Shown here piece after piece: positions 62,541 through 64,000 of a stretch of DNA of 64,000 nt (position 1 is the stretch's first letter; each line of letters starts with the position of its first letter). A program made the position numbers and the translations under genes. The notes below the pieces were generated by a model. The model was given only the letters and a program-made list of their open reading frames with translations, did no database searches and had not been told where the DNA came from. Origin of the DNA: Heterodontus francisci (lineage: Eukaryota); assembly GCF_036365525.1 (NCBI RefSeq), contig NW_027140825.1:868001-932000 (forward strand), given 5' to 3'.

Positions 62541-64000
62541 TTTAGGGGTGTTGAAAGGGATTGGTGAAGTAGGTGGAAATAACACAGCCGGCACATGAGC
62601 ATTTTGTGGGAGTTTAGGATGGAGGGTTTCTGGGGAATGTTAATGAGGGTTGCTGGATGGGAGCTCAGCCAAGTAACTGTGCATGTATCGCTTGCATGGA
62701 GGAGGCTGGGGTTAGCTACAGAGCAGTGAGGGGAAAGATTGAAACAGACCAGATGATGTGTCTGGGGGTGAGGACAGGCCATGCAGTGTACACACACCCG
62801 TGTTGAGGCCTCTATGCAATTATATTTCTCAATCTCTCTATCTGCTTTCATTCACAGGATGTGGTTGTGACACTGTTATGCAGAATTCAGTGCCCACCAC
62901 CTCACCGTCCTTGAGAAGATGGCGATGAGCCCACCCCCATTGCTGTCTGTTCCCGTCACAGCTTTTGTACGACCGACTGTCTTGCCCGGCCAATGCAGAG
63001 TGCCTTTTAAGAATCAACCATATTGTTGTGGGACTGGAGTCACCTCTTAGGCCAGACCGGATAAGGATGGCAGGTTTCTTTATCTCAGTGACGATGAGTT
63101 TTTTGTCCAATACTGTAGGTTAATGTTCACCATGACTGAGAGCAGCTTTTCATCAATTCCAGCTTTATCTAATGAAGGGAATTGAAATAATCCAGCATGC
63201 TGGGATTTGAATTCACATCTCCAGGTTATTAGCCCAGGCCTTTACATTAATAGCCCAGGAACATAACACTTTGCTACCTTACCCTTTAACCTACTGTTTT
63301 GCCTCAGGCCCAGGAGTGGAAAAATACAAATGTGTGCAGGGCAAACCCACAGAACAGGCTGTTTTTTTTTCTTGCTGCATCCGTGAACATGTTGAAACAT
63401 TTACAGCTGCACTCTGATAACCACACATCCTGACGGTGCCTTTCCTGTCTCTGTGTCTCTCTGTACAATGCGATTCTGTTGCTGTGTTGTGCTGACAAAG
63501 TCCTTCCACATGAGTATGCGAAGGAAACAGCGCAGAGGAATTTGCAGGTGGTTATGGCGACAAATTGAATTGACAGGAGAGATAGGAGGAGTTGCACTAG
63601 CTGGGTTGATCTTGCAGAGAGCTGGCATGGACTCGATGGGCCGAATGGCCTCCTTCTGTACTGTAACCAGTCTCTGATTCTATGATCGATTTCCTGTGTT
63701 CGGAGTTTCTGAAAATATCTTTGATCAGTTAATCAAGTGTGAAGGAAATGCAGCACCCAACATGTTTACATTGCTTGTTCTTTATTCCCTCGGGTAGAGA
63801 AGATTAAATGGTGATTTGACTGAGGTGTTTAAAATGATTGAATGGGTTGATCGGCGAGATGGAGATAAACTGCTTCCTCTTGTTGGGGGCGGGGCACGGG
63901 GGTAGAACAAGGTGGTCTAAACCCAAAATTCGAGCCAGGCTATTCAGGAGTGATGTCAGGAAGTACTTCTTCACACAAAGGGGAGTGGACATCTGTATCC

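Noticed and set aside
63304-63597. Leader-like hydrophobic start (VQLLLSLLSIQFVAITT)
   Set aside because: No ATG, no GT donor, no downstream V exon or RSS found
1-64000. D, J, C segments, IgH/IgNAR/NAR-TCR Vs or trypsinogen genes
   Set aside because: No FGxG J motif with RSS, paired-RSS D, C1 exon or serine-protease motif seen by eye; the beta assignment therefore rests on V motifs alone

Overview
This is eukaryotic genomic DNA from a cartilaginous fish (shark-type HE1/V-SINE, Deu-domain SINE, CR1/L2-like LINEs). The window is part of a T-cell receptor variable-segment cluster, most like TCR-beta. No D, J or C segment was seen. I find 12 V segments plus one orphan leader. Eleven have a heptamer/23-bp/nonamer RSS and one has lost the start of its heptamer. 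Four look intact (3011-3816 -, 7366-8098 -, 13982-14474 +, 59841-60466 +) and eight are pseudogenes (stop codons, frameshift, Cys23 loss or large internal deletions). V orientation flips from minus to plus at about 12-14 kb. A ~5-6 kb two-V cassette occurs three times (~13.1-19.0, 47.1-52.1, 52.1-57.8 kb). The ~28 kb V-free block between the first two cassettes holds a multi-exon non-TCR gene on the minus strand (29975-42549), assembled by hand. It encodes a signal peptide, two tandem GP2/uromodulin-type D8C (D10C 'decoy') domains, a Ser/Thr/Glu/Pro stalk and a short C-terminal domain, with no ZP module and no membrane anchor. Its two domains differ at a hypervariable patch while their introns are nearly identical. 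This is the most interesting element in the window. The rest is LINE/SINE/Penelope debris, minisatellites, CAA/TTG low-complexity satellite and two N-gaps. All family assignments come from motif recognition, not database searches.
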